This document shows, in pieces, positions 20,269 to 29,283 of a DNA stretch of 64,000 nt. Below the pieces are notes generated by a model. That model was not told the DNA's origin, made no database searches, and saw nothing but the letters and a program-made list of their open reading frames with translations. Source of the stretch: Sulfolobales archaeon. GTDB lineage: Archaea > Thermoproteota > Thermoprotei_A > Sulfolobales > AG1. Positions within the stretch are counted from its first letter, which is position 1; the number at the start of each line of letters is the position of its first letter. The stretch lies in assembly GCA_038867615.1 (NCBI GenBank), contig JAWBYA010000002.1, positions 288,001 through 352,000 on the forward strand, read 5' to 3'. Both the position numbers and the translations under genes were made by a program.

Positions 20269-21315
20269 CTATCCGAACCACTTGTCGAGACCACGTGCAG
20301 CTGACGCTCTAGAGATAGCCTTGGAGAGCCTTTCTAGATTGTTCTCCACCCTTTCTCTAGAAAATTCATACTCCTCTACTAGTAGTTCTATTATCTTCTC
20401 GCGGTCAGGGGCTCTCCACTCGATACGAGGGATCTCTGATATAGGTGGGTTTAGAAAGAATTTTTTGATCTCCATAGGGTCTACGGGGAATCTTGCTCCC
20501 GGGAGCACCTTGAGAACCCTATCTATGCTCCCATAGCTCTTGACCAAGCTGTATGCCTTTTTAGGACCTATCCCCTCAACACCGTCTGGATTGAAATCCG
20601 TGCCCACCAGTATCGCTATGTCGATCAACTGTTCCCTCGTTATCTCTAAGGTTTTCATCAGAAGGTTAAGATCTATCACCTCAGGCTTGATCTCGACGTA
20701 GATCTCTTTTCCTGGAAGCTTCCTCTTACCACTCACAGCAAGGTTTCTGACAAGCCTCGGGCTACCAAATAATAGGGAATCGTAGTCCTGGCTCGCAGTA
20801 GCCCAGGCTATCCCCTTCATAGCCATATATGCCGCCTGGGCCTCTCCCTCAGACGGTGCCTGGACCCATGGTATCCCCATATAGTTTAGAAGCTTCTTAG
20901 AGGATTCAACCATATCGTTGGATAGCCTTGACGTGGCTTGTGCGTATTTCCTCATCTCTTCCTCATCCCCTTTTTCTCTAGCTATTCTAAGCCTCTCCTC
21001 AGCCTTCTGCTTAGCCATGCTCCTCCTAGCTATCTCTGCGGCCTTGATCTCGGGAGGCTTTCCGTCAAACACGTATACAGGCTTTATACCAGCCTCGACG
21101 AGATTTATTGTGCGGTAAAATAAGCCTGATAGATGGCTAGTAACCCTCCCCTTGCTATCCATGAGAGGAGTCCCATCAGGCTGTCTTATCGCTGCTAGGA
21201 ACTGGTAGAGTGCGTTATAAGCATCGATAGCTATGATCTTGCCGGAAAGCTCCCTAAGGTCGTTGATCTGCCTTATAGCTTTCTCGGGTATTAGATCTTT
21301 TAGATCTACGCCCAT
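20269..21315 (-). CDS. fen: Flap endonuclease 1
   Basis: AIDAYNALYQFL, SEGEAQAA, SQDYDSLLFG, GTDFN, PIP-like C-terminus GLDKWF. Confidence 0.98.
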   Translation of the reverse strand: MGVDLKDLIPEKAIRQINDLRELSGKIIAIDAYNALYQFLAAIRQPDGTPLMDSKGRVTSHLSGLFYRTINLVEAGIKPVYVFDGKPPEIKAAEIARRSMAKQKAEERLRIAREKGDEEEMRKYAQATSRLSNDMVESSKKLLNYMGIPWVQAPSEGEAQAAYMAMKGIAWATASQDYDSLLFGSPRLVRNLAVSGKRKLPGKEIYVEIKPEVIDLNLLMKTLEITREQLIDIAILVGTDFNPDGVEGIGPKKAYSLVKSYGSIDRVLKVLPGARFPVDPMEIKKFFLNPPISEIPRIEWRAPDREKIIELLVEEYEFSRERVENNLERLSKAISRASAARGLDKWFG

Positions 21316-21321
21316 GTTCCA

Positions 21322-21546
21322 TCACTTTCTATACAATCCTTGTAACACATCTATTGTAGACTGCTCCTCAGTCAACATTGGCGAAGAAGTATTGAGAGCC
21401 CCATTTATAATCATGATATATCTATCCAGACCACTATCACTATATGTTGGATATTCTCTAAAGATCCCCACAGAACCCATCCCACTGATAAATTGCCGAG
21501 AGAAATATATAATAATTATATCAGAGACTACCAACATGGCCCCCAA
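21322..21546 (-). CDS. Small hypothetical membrane protein or pseudogene
   Basis: The hydrophobic frame continues upstream (IEGFLLGGVLGAMLVV) to an in-frame TAG with no ATG. Fills the gap between co-oriented genes. Confidence 0.3.
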   Translation of the reverse strand: MGAMLVVSDIIIIYFSRQFISGMGSVGIFREYPTYSDSGLDRYIMIINGALNTSSPMLTEEQSTIDVLQGLYRK

Positions 21547-21606
21547 TACACCTCCCAGTAAAACCCCTCTATTATGATCTATGACAGCAATAATTCATAA
21601 TAAGAT

Positions 21607-22971
21607 CTAGCTTCTTGTTTGTCCTATGGCTATGCTGTAGAGCCTATCCCTAACCTCTAGGGCTTTTCTATATGCTTCTTCAAGCCTCTTACTCACAGTC
21701 TCCCAATTCTCTGGCTTCTCTATCCCTACAAGCTTCTTTATCTTTGTATATGGCGATTCTCTATGATACGTCTTTAACTCCTCAACCTTGCCCTCAGGAT
21801 CTCTATACAGAACTTTTGGTTCGCTTATAACCTCACCAATAATCCTACTCTCTATACCTCTGCTCTTTAAAAGCCTCTCTATATCTTCTAGAATATCCTT
21901 CTCCGCTATGATGGCTATGCTGTCCAGCGAGATACCAAGAGGGTCTATATCCAGTTCTCTGAGCATCCTAAGCACCTCACTATCTATGAGGCTATAGATC
22001 TCCTCTAGATCTATTAAGAAACCGACCCCTGAGGATCTCGAGATCTCGTTAAGATCCCCCCTGATCCCCCCGTTGGTTATGTCAAACATGGCGTGGATCT
22101 TATCCACAACATCGCTTTCAATAATAGTCCTCAGGGCCCCAAGCGTATTGAAATTCAGGGTTCTTAGAACCACTTCAGGCTTACCGCCATATATTGCTGT
22201 TGTAGCCACAGTCCCGCCCCCAGCACCCATTGTCATGAGTATCTTATCACCAGGACGGGCATACCTCCTAGCCTTAGGTCTATTTTTAGATACACCAACA
22301 CACATCACGGTCCCAACAACCCTTGTCCCTATAACCATGTCGCCCCCTATCCTCAGGGTAGATCCACCTACTATCGGCGCCCCCAGGTATTTCGAGACAG
22401 CCGCGACGCCCGCTTCTAGGTCGAGTAGGTATGAGGGATCGCCGTCATCCCCAATCCTAAGATCTACGGCGAAAGACACAGGCACCGCCCCCTTAACCAT
22501 AACATCCCTAGCAGCAGCCCTAGCAGCATGGAACCCTGCTATGAGTGGGAAGTAGGAGAGCCTGCTATGTATGCCATCAACAGCAACCACGATCCACATA
22601 TCACCTATTCTAACCCACCCAGCATCGTCAAGATCCATCGCAGAACCCTCACTACTCCCCCAGCTGGCAACGCCCGCTAGGAGCCTGTGGAAAAAGAAAT
22701 CGCCAGAGCCTCTTGAGCCTATTCCAACAATACCCGCGGATACCCCGGAATCGCTGGGGCAGAGTATCCTCCTCAGTATAGGATCTATGTCACCACCACA
22801 AGCCTTGAGGGACGATAGTGTCTCATCATATACAGTTAATGCGTACTTCGAAGCCGTATCCCACTTTAGATCCTTGTAAAAGACAATCTCGTCAACAACC
22901 CTCCACAGGATCTCCTCCTTAGAGAGACCCCTAGATATCCCCTTCCTAACTATACCCTCGAGATCCGCCAT
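21607..22971 (-). CDS. AIR synthase/PurM-like superfamily protein (archaeal type)
   Basis: GSRGSGDF, DDAG, VDGIHSRLS, RDVMVKGA, GGSTLRIGGD, DITNGG. Confidence 0.85.
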   Translation of the reverse strand: MADLEGIVRKGISRGLSKEEILWRVVDEIVFYKDLKWDTASKYALTVYDETLSSLKACGGDIDPILRRILCPSDSGVSAGIVGIGSRGSGDFFFHRLLAGVASWGSSEGSAMDLDDAGWVRIGDMWIVVAVDGIHSRLSYFPLIAGFHAARAAARDVMVKGAVPVSFAVDLRIGDDGDPSYLLDLEAGVAAVSKYLGAPIVGGSTLRIGGDMVIGTRVVGTVMCVGVSKNRPKARRYARPGDKILMTMGAGGGTVATTAIYGGKPEVVLRTLNFNTLGALRTIIESDVVDKIHAMFDITNGGIRGDLNEISRSSGVGFLIDLEEIYSLIDSEVLRMLRELDIDPLGISLDSIAIIAEKDILEDIERLLKSRGIESRIIGEVISEPKVLYRDPEGKVEELKTYHRESPYTKIKKLVGIEKPENWETVSKRLEEAYRKALEVRDRLYSIAIGQTRS

Positions 22972-23045
22972 AAAGCCCCAAAAATAGTTATGCTAGGGCT
23001 CTATAAGGGGCTGGAGTACGAGAGTCTTTCGTAATAGATCAGGGC

Positions 23046-25121
23046 TTATCTGATATTCTGGGATTTAACATCATCGAATCTTCTCAATGCTTCTTCAGGA
23101 TCCTGGGTCGGTAGTGCGCATATAGTGCCATAACATATATAATATACAGGTTTTTCTCCCCACACTTTTCCTCTATATAGCTCCCTCAGAACCTTTGACC
23201 TCGGATTAGGCGCGCTCGCAGAGGTGACTCCTACCCAGTATCTCTTCCATAGATTCTTTATGAATAGCTCGTACCCCTGATCCTCTGAAACCAATGTTAC
23301 GGCAACCTGGTAGGATGGGTTCGCTATTGTATCTATATATGTTATCATTGCTGCGTATTGCTGCGGAACCTGGTCTATGTATCTAGATGATCTCCTAAAG
23401 ATCTCTAGGGCTTTCTCTCTATATGAGTTATCGCCGCTATAGAGGTAAAGCTTCGAATACAGATCTATTGTCGCTGAGGCACCACTCGGTATAACGTTAT
23501 CTACAAATGTTGATATAGCAATACTCCTCGAGCCAGGAGCGTCTGGGTTCTCGATAATCACGCCATCTTTTATGAATACCTTCTCGATGCTCTGCGAGAT
23601 CTCTACCGCTATTTCTAGGTATTTCTCGTCATTGGTAGCCATATATAGATCAACACATGCAGAGCCATATAGCGAGGTGTCGCTTAGATACCCCCACTTA
23701 CTAGCCTCTCCCTCATAGTATACATGGGCCACCCTATCACCGATCCACATTTTGCTCTTAATAACATCGGCAGCCTTTCTAGCCGCATCTAGGTATCTCT
23801 GATCCCATGTTACTAGATAGAGTCTCGCAAGCGCCATAATAGCCAGGGAATTCCAGTCTGCTAGGTGTTTCTCATCGATATGGGGTTTTGGCTTCCTCGA
23901 TAGCCTGTACTCGTACAGCTTTGCCTCGATCTCGCTATAGATCCTGAGGGCTTCGTCGTATGGTTTTTTAAGGAATCTTGCAAGATCCATAGGGCTCATA
24001 GCCCTCACTGGATGCATCCTCTCATGTATGAGGGTTGATTGGGACCAGCCATATATATTCTTAGCGATCTCTGCCATATCCTTTCCAAGGGCTTCTATAA
24101 GCTCCTCCTCGCTCCATAGATATGCTCCCCCCTCAACACCACCAGCCTCAGCATCTAGGGATGAGTAGAAAAGCCCCTCCCTACCCAACATGTTTTCGAA
24201 CATGAAGTCAGCAGTCTTTCTGGCTGTTACTATATATTCTAGAGATCCTGTCGCTCTATAGAGATCCACAAGGATCCTTGCGATCTGCGCGTTATCGTAG
24301 AGCATCTTCTCGAAGTGAGGGATCCTCCAACCCCTATCAACGGTATATCTGAAGAAACCCCCGGCCAGGTGATCCTGAAGCCCTAGCCTAACCATGCTGT
24401 TAGCCGTTCTCACAACCATCCTCAGTGCTGTGTCATCACCCCTCCTGAACCAGTATCTCAGGAGAAGGTCTAGGTAGGGTATCATAGGGAACTTAGACGA
24501 GAACCCAAAGCCTCCGAAGACAGGATCGAAGGACGCTGATATCTCTGTAAACGCCTTCTCAAATATGTCGTTAATATTTATGCCCTTATTAACCTCCCGC
24601 GCCGAGAGATAGCTGATCACAGCATTCTGGATCTCTTCTGCTGCTGCTAAAACCCTATCCCTATCACCCACCCATAGATCTTTGATCGCGTTGAGTATCT
24701 CAACCAGCCTATCTCTAGGAAAATACGTCCCTGCATAGAACACCCTGAGATCCGGTGTCAGGAAAGCGGTTAGAGGCCAGCCGCCTGAGCCTGTTATGGC
24801 TATTGTTGCCGTCATGTATATCTCATCAACATCCGGCATCTCCTCACGATCAACCTTTATTGGTACGAAATACGTGTTGAGTATCGATGCTACTTCAGGG
24901 TCTAGGAAGCTCTCCCTATGCATTACATGGCACCAATGGCACGACGAGTATCCTATGGATAGGAATATCGGTTTATTCTCAGCCATAGCTTTCTGGAAAG
25001 CCTCCTCTCCCCATTCATACCAATCTATAGGATCGCAGGCGTGGAGCCTGAGATACCTACTCTTGGAGTTAACAAGCCTGTTAGGCTTTCCACACATATG
25101 ATCACTGTAGCCCTGAAGCAT
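23046..25121 (-). CDS. Thioredoxin-domain protein of the YyaL/SSP411 (SPATA20) family
   Basis: NRL...[37 protein letters not shown]. Confidence 0.93.
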   Translation of the reverse strand: MLQGYSDHMCGKPNRLVNSKSRYLRLHACDPIDWYEWGEEAFQKAMAENKPIFLSIGYSSCHWCHVMHRESFLDPEVASILNTYFVPIKVDREEMPDVDEIYMTATIAITGSGGWPLTAFLTPDLRVFYAGTYFPRDRLVEILNAIKDLWVGDRDRVLAAAEEIQNAVISYLSAREVNKGININDIFEKAFTEISASFDPVFGGFGFSSKFPMIPYLDLLLRYWFRRGDDTALRMVVRTANSMVRLGLQDHLAGGFFRYTVDRGWRIPHFEKMLYDNAQIARILVDLYRATGSLEYIVTARKTADFMFENMLGREGLFYSSLDAEAGGVEGGAYLWSEEELIEALGKDMAEIAKNIYGWSQSTLIHERMHPVRAMSPMDLARFLKKPYDEALRIYSEIEAKLYEYRLSRKPKPHIDEKHLADWNSLAIMALARLYLVTWDQRYLDAARKAADVIKSKMWIGDRVAHVYYEGEASKWGYLSDTSLYGSACVDLYMATNDEKYLEIAVEISQSIEKVFIKDGVIIENPDAPGSRSIAISTFVDNVIPSGASATIDLYSKLYLYSGDNSYREKALEIFRRSSRYIDQVPQQYAAMITYIDTIANPSYQVAVTLVSEDQGYELFIKNLWKRYWVGVTSASAPNPRSKVLRELYRGKVWGEKPVYYICYGTICALPTQDPEEALRRFDDVKSQNIR

Positions 25122-25225
25122 ACCCTATCTCATCAATACCCGTTTGGGGGTTTTTATCCGTAGTGGTATAGTGCGTCTCTGACCTTTTATTAGCCCTGAA
25201 AACCAAGTATATCTAGGGATCTATC

Positions 25226-26023
25226 ATGGATGGTACTCAATTAGCCTTAATAATAGCCATACTGATCATAGTTCTGCCTTTCCTAGCAGCCTCTGTAAAG
25301 GTGGTGAGGGAGTATGAGAGGGCAGTGATCTTCAGGCTTGGGAGGCTTAAGGGGGCAGCAGGCCCAGGGATCTTCTTCATAATACCGATTGTCGATAAGC
25401 TCTTCAAAGTAGATCTCAGGATAAACACGATAGATTTTCCGAAACAAAACGTCATTACAAAGGATAATGTGAGCATTCTCATGGATGCTGTTGTGTATTA
25501 CAGGGTAGAGGATCCAGTTAAGGCTATTGTGAAGGTTGCTAACTATAACTATGCTGTTGTCCAGCTTGCAATGACAACTCTCAGGGATGTTACCGGGACT
25601 GTGGAGCTGGATGAGCTTCTAACACACAGAGAAGAGGTTAGTAAGAGGATACAGAAAATAGTGGACGATATAACAGAACCCTGGGGTATAAAGATAGTTG
25701 CAGTAACAATCAAGGATATCGTGCTTCCAGAGGAACTGGTTAGGGCTATATCTATGCAGGCCCAGGCCGAGAGGATTAGGAGGGCGAGGGTAATCGAGGC
25801 CGAGGGTGAAAGACAAGCTGCATCGATACTAGCAGAGGCGGCAAGCATGTATGCCAACAGCCCAATAGCTATAAGGCTTAGAGAGCTCCAAACCCTCGTC
25901 GAGGTTGCTAAGGAGAAGAACATGGTATTGATAGCTGATACTATTAGATCCGATCTCTCGGGTCTGGGGTTCCAGTTAGGAGCCGCAGCTTTCAGTAGAG
26001 GACAGCAAGGGACAAACAAATGA
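25226..26023 (+). CDS. SPFH/stomatin (slipin) family protein
   Basis: VREYERAVIFRLGR, ITKDNV, PWGIKIV, AEGERQAA. Confidence 0.95.
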   Translation: MDGTQLALIIAILIIVLPFLAASVKVVREYERAVIFRLGRLKGAAGPGIFFIIPIVDKLFKVDLRINTIDFPKQNVITKDNVSILMDAVVYYRVEDPVKAIVKVANYNYAVVQLAMTTLRDVTGTVELDELLTHREEVSKRIQKIVDDITEPWGIKIVAVTIKDIVLPEELVRAISMQAQAERIRRARVIEAEGERQAASILAEAASMYANSPIAIRLRELQTLVEVAKEKNMVLIADTIRSDLSGLGFQLGAAAFSRGQQGTNK

Positions 26024-27411
26024 ACGTAGCCTTTAGATCTAGAATGGTTCTTCCTATAGCAACAGGCCTCACTATCCTCTCCATAGTCCTGCTAATTATT
26101 CCAACGATCCAAGCGATGTTTCTGCCACCTTCACTACTCCATGGCCGGGAGTCTAGTAGCAGTATTATGCTTCAACAACAGGTCGAGATCGGAGAGGCTA
26201 TTGTTGCCGATATAAGAGGCACTGTGGATCAGGGGATGGGTAGGTATATAAAGAGCCTCATAGATAGGGCGCATAACGAGAGAGCCGCTCTCATAATCGA
26301 CGTTCAATCTCCAGGAGGTTTTCTAGGAGATACCATGGATATAGCTGATATGATATTTAACGCAAAGATCCCTATAATTGGCTATGCATCGGGAGATAGC
26401 TTCAGCGGGGCAACATTAATACTGATCCCAACCCACATACTTGCTGTCAACCCATCATCCCTGGTAGGGGATGCCCAGCCTGTCACAATAGATCAGACGG
26501 GCAGGCTTGTACCAATAACAGAGCCTAAGATCATCAACCCCCTTGTCAAGAAATTCGTGGACTATGCTGAGGCGCGTGGTAGGAATACCACCCTGGTTAA
26601 GATGTTCATACTAAACGCAACCGTAGTAAATGGCGATGAAGCTGTTAAGCTAGGGCTTGCAGACCTTACAGCCAGGAGCGTTAGCGAGCTGGTTGAAAAG
26701 CTGAGGGGTAAGATAATAACCATCAATGGGGTTGAATATAGACTCAATATATATCAATTAACACCTGCTGGTGAGTGCCTGAGCTGCAGGCTACTCAGCT
26801 TCCTCTCAGACCCCATGGTGGCTGGTGTATTCATAACAATAGGTGTGTTTAGCGCTATCTTCGCCATATCCTCTGGGCATCTAATAGCACTGCCATTCTC
26901 ACTCATATTCATACTCCTAGGACTGCTCGGCTCAGGCCTCCAAGTGGATCTCTTAACAATAGCACTGATACTGCTCGGAATCACATTCATAGCGGCAGGA
27001 ATAGCTATAGGTCATGCCGATGGCGGTATACTTATGACAGCTGGGATAGCTATGGCAGCGATCGGGACAGCCCTTCTACCGGTAACGGGGAGAGGAATAC
27101 TGATAGCTGGTTCGAGCAACATAATGGGCACGATCTATGGTTTCTCACTCGGAATCGGTATAGGTTCTGCCATAATAGGTGGGCTCATAGCATGGCAGCT
27201 AGTGCTACTCAGGAAGAAAAAATCCGAGATCTTCGAGATCGTTGGAAAAGAGGGTGTTGCCAGAGACGATATAGAACCGGGTAAAGAAGGATTTGTACTA
27301 GTTGAGGGCGAACTATGGCGAGCAGTCTCAGATGAGAAAATAAATGCTGGCGAAACCGTAATAGTTATTGATAAAAAAGGCTTTATACTCAAGGTAAAGA
27401 AGAAACAGTAG
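26020..27411 (+). CDS. nfeD: NfeD/STOPP membrane protease (long form)
   Basis: SPGG, SFSGAT ClpP-like domain, TM bundle, C-terminal OB fold (GFVLVEGELWRA). Overlaps the stomatin gene. Confidence 0.9.
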   Translation: MNVAFRSRMVLPIATGLTILSIVLLIIPTIQAMFLPPSLLHGRESSSSIMLQQQVEIGEAIVADIRGTVDQGMGRYIKSLIDRAHNERAALIIDVQSPGGFLGDTMDIADMIFNAKIPIIGYASGDSFSGATLILIPTHILAVNPSSLVGDAQPVTIDQTGRLVPITEPKIINPLVKKFVDYAEARGRNTTLVKMFILNATVVNGDEAVKLGLADLTARSVSELVEKLRGKIITINGVEYRLNIYQLTPAGECLSCRLLSFLSDPMVAGVFITIGVFSAIFAISSGHLIALPFSLIFILLGLLGSGLQVDLLTIALILLGITFIAAGIAIGHADGGILMTAGIAMAAIGTALLPVTGRGILIAGSSNIMGTIYGFSLGIGIGSAIIGGLIAWQLVLLRKKKSEIFEIVGKEGVARDDIEPGKEGFVLVEGELWRAVSDEKINAGETVIVIDKKGFILKVKKKQ

Positions 27412-27516
27412 TCAGATGATCTCTTCACAGACAATAATAACGCTCCAATGAACCTGTGATTCACAACCATGTTTAGGGAAAGAAAAACAGGATAGAAATA
27501 CTAATAAACAGTAGAT

Positions 27517-27896
27517 GTTCAAGGCTTCATAGCCACAAGCACTCCTCGAAGCCGTAGCCAGCTGCTTCGAGTTTCATGATGGTTTATAAGGATTGATATT
27601 AAACCCGTAGTTCTGCAATAATGGAACATTATATAAGCCCTGTTATTCTATGGGGATGCCCGCCCAACAATGAGGGTGGCTATAAAGACCCAAGTGGGCG
27701 GGTTAAATAAAAACCAGGATGTGGGGGTTTCCCCACAGCAATGAACCAGAGCAATGCAATGAAGGGGAGCTGTGGGTCGGGGTCACCCCGAACGGGTGGA
27801 GGCCAAGGATATGGGCCCCAATGAAAGGAGCCCTGAGGCCTATGAAGCCAAGGGAAGAGCAGTTGGTATAAAAATCAACCGCAATGAAGCCCGAAC
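27517..27896 (+). mobile_element. Non-autonomous repeat element copy D (most complete, imperfect terminal inverted repeats)
   Basis: Left end GTTCAAGGCTTCATAGC and right end GCAATGAAGCCCGAAC. Contains TTATATAAG, a leader hairpin CCCGCCCA/TGGGCGGG and the structured core shared with copies B and C. Confidence 0.8.
27719..27871 (+). pseudogene. Possible relic of a tnpB C-terminal tail (50 open codons) inside copy D
   Basis: MWGFPHSNEPEQCNEGELWVGVTPNGWRP...; copy B translates to GFPHSNE...LWVG. The resemblance to crenarchaeal TnpB tails is from memory and untested. Confidence 0.45.
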
Positions 27897-28214
27897 CCCA
27901 ACCACACTGCTTAGGTCTTTATCTATGCTTGCATTGTAGACGGGTATCTGCAAGCATTCTTGTTGGGCTTATCCATAGAAAAGGATCTAGTGAGGGGGTT
28001 TGTAACAGCCGTTATAGGTCTCCTTGAAACTTGAAACGGCTTGTTATGGCACAGGCTTTGGTAATTGTTGAAATTATAAAGCTTCCCCGGAATCAAGGAT
28101 AGGGCTATCCATTAGGTGTGATCACGATATTCATTCTCAGTATTAAGAGTCTTTATGATAACGAAACTAAACATTGAAGATTTAAAAGGGTTTTTCTTAT
28201 AAAATTTAGCAGCC

Positions 28215-29210
28215 TTGACTAGTGCTCGTGATCCTCTTGTAATTGTCGTTGAGAAAGATCTTGTAATGTCTCTACTCAGTAGCATTCCCTCTATCGCTGT
28301 ATTCGCATTCATCACGTTTATAATGATGCGGATAATTAACAATCCTATAGCAACCTACATAGCTATACTTATATGGGGAGTCGGGCTTCTACTGCTTATT
28401 AGATGGATACTGCTTATCACCGAAAAGAATAGGGTTCTGAGGGAGTTCTCCGATAAGTTGAAGATCTCTGGGCTCGCATCATCCCCGGGAGAGTTGCTAG
28501 AGCTCTATAGAGCCACCATTAAGGGTGAGATTAAAACAACCACAGCTACCGTGTCAATCTCTATCGGCGGTGGGGCTCATAGACATACAACAACTAAAAA
28601 GTATATTACCACCAAGAGTTTTGAGAAGATCTCTGAGGTCTCTGCTGGGTATGATTTGAAGGAGCTAGGGGCTAGCAATATCCTAGCTATTTTCCCAACC
28701 AATGAGGGTTTTTTCGACGGAAAGATCCTAAGGATCTCTGGGGGTAGGTATAGAGATATAATCATCATACCAATAACACCCAGGATTACAATCCATAAGA
28801 TTGTTGAGGAAAAGATTGAAGGAGACGGCGAGCTATGCATCTACAGACTGGAGTTCAGAGGATGCAGGGTCGTTGGACACATAGCAACCCTAATGATAAA
28901 ACGAGCCAGATCGTATAGAGTTGAGATAAAAATCGGGGAGGAGATCCGTGGGAGCTTTATTGGGAAAGCCCCACTCAAGATCTACTCAGGAGGGGCGGGA
29001 TCCTTCGAAACAGAGCTACCAATATGTAGACCCCTCACCATAATAACACACGAAAAAACACTAGATATGAAGGATATAGCCAAGGAGATCAAGAGCATCC
29101 TCGGAGAGGAAAATACGATCCTCATAGGCTATAGAGAGAACACCTATATCTTAAGACTAGTGATAGACAGACCCTTAGCAAAAGATCTTGTGAAAGAGAT
29201 CCCATTATAA
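28215..29210 (+). CDS. Hypothetical membrane protein (two N-terminal TM helices plus soluble domain)
   Basis: 331-aa ORF with two hydrophobic segments. No motif recognised. Confidence 0.7.
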   Translation: MTSARDPLVIVVEKDLVMSLLSSIPSIAVFAFITFIMMRIINNPIATYIAILIWGVGLLLLIRWILLITEKNRVLREFSDKLKISGLASSPGELLELYRATIKGEIKTTTATVSISIGGGAHRHTTTKKYITTKSFEKISEVSAGYDLKELGASNILAIFPTNEGFFDGKILRISGGRYRDIIIIPITPRITIHKIVEEKIEGDGELCIYRLEFRGCRVVGHIATLMIKRARSYRVEIKIGEEIRGSFIGKAPLKIYSGGAGSFETELPICRPLTIITHEKTLDMKDIAKEIKSILGEENTILIGYRENTYILRLVIDRPLAKDLVKEIPL

Positions 29211-29283
29211 CTGGATCACCACAGCTAATAACCCTAAAATAGAGAAAGCCGGTTTAACATTGCTTTCTGTATAATGCTAATGT

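Noticed and set aside
21607-22971. Selenophosphate synthetase / selenocysteine system
   Set aside because: No SelD Cys/Sec-x-x-Lys motif and no in-frame TGA read-through candidate noticed. Generic PurM-like protein.
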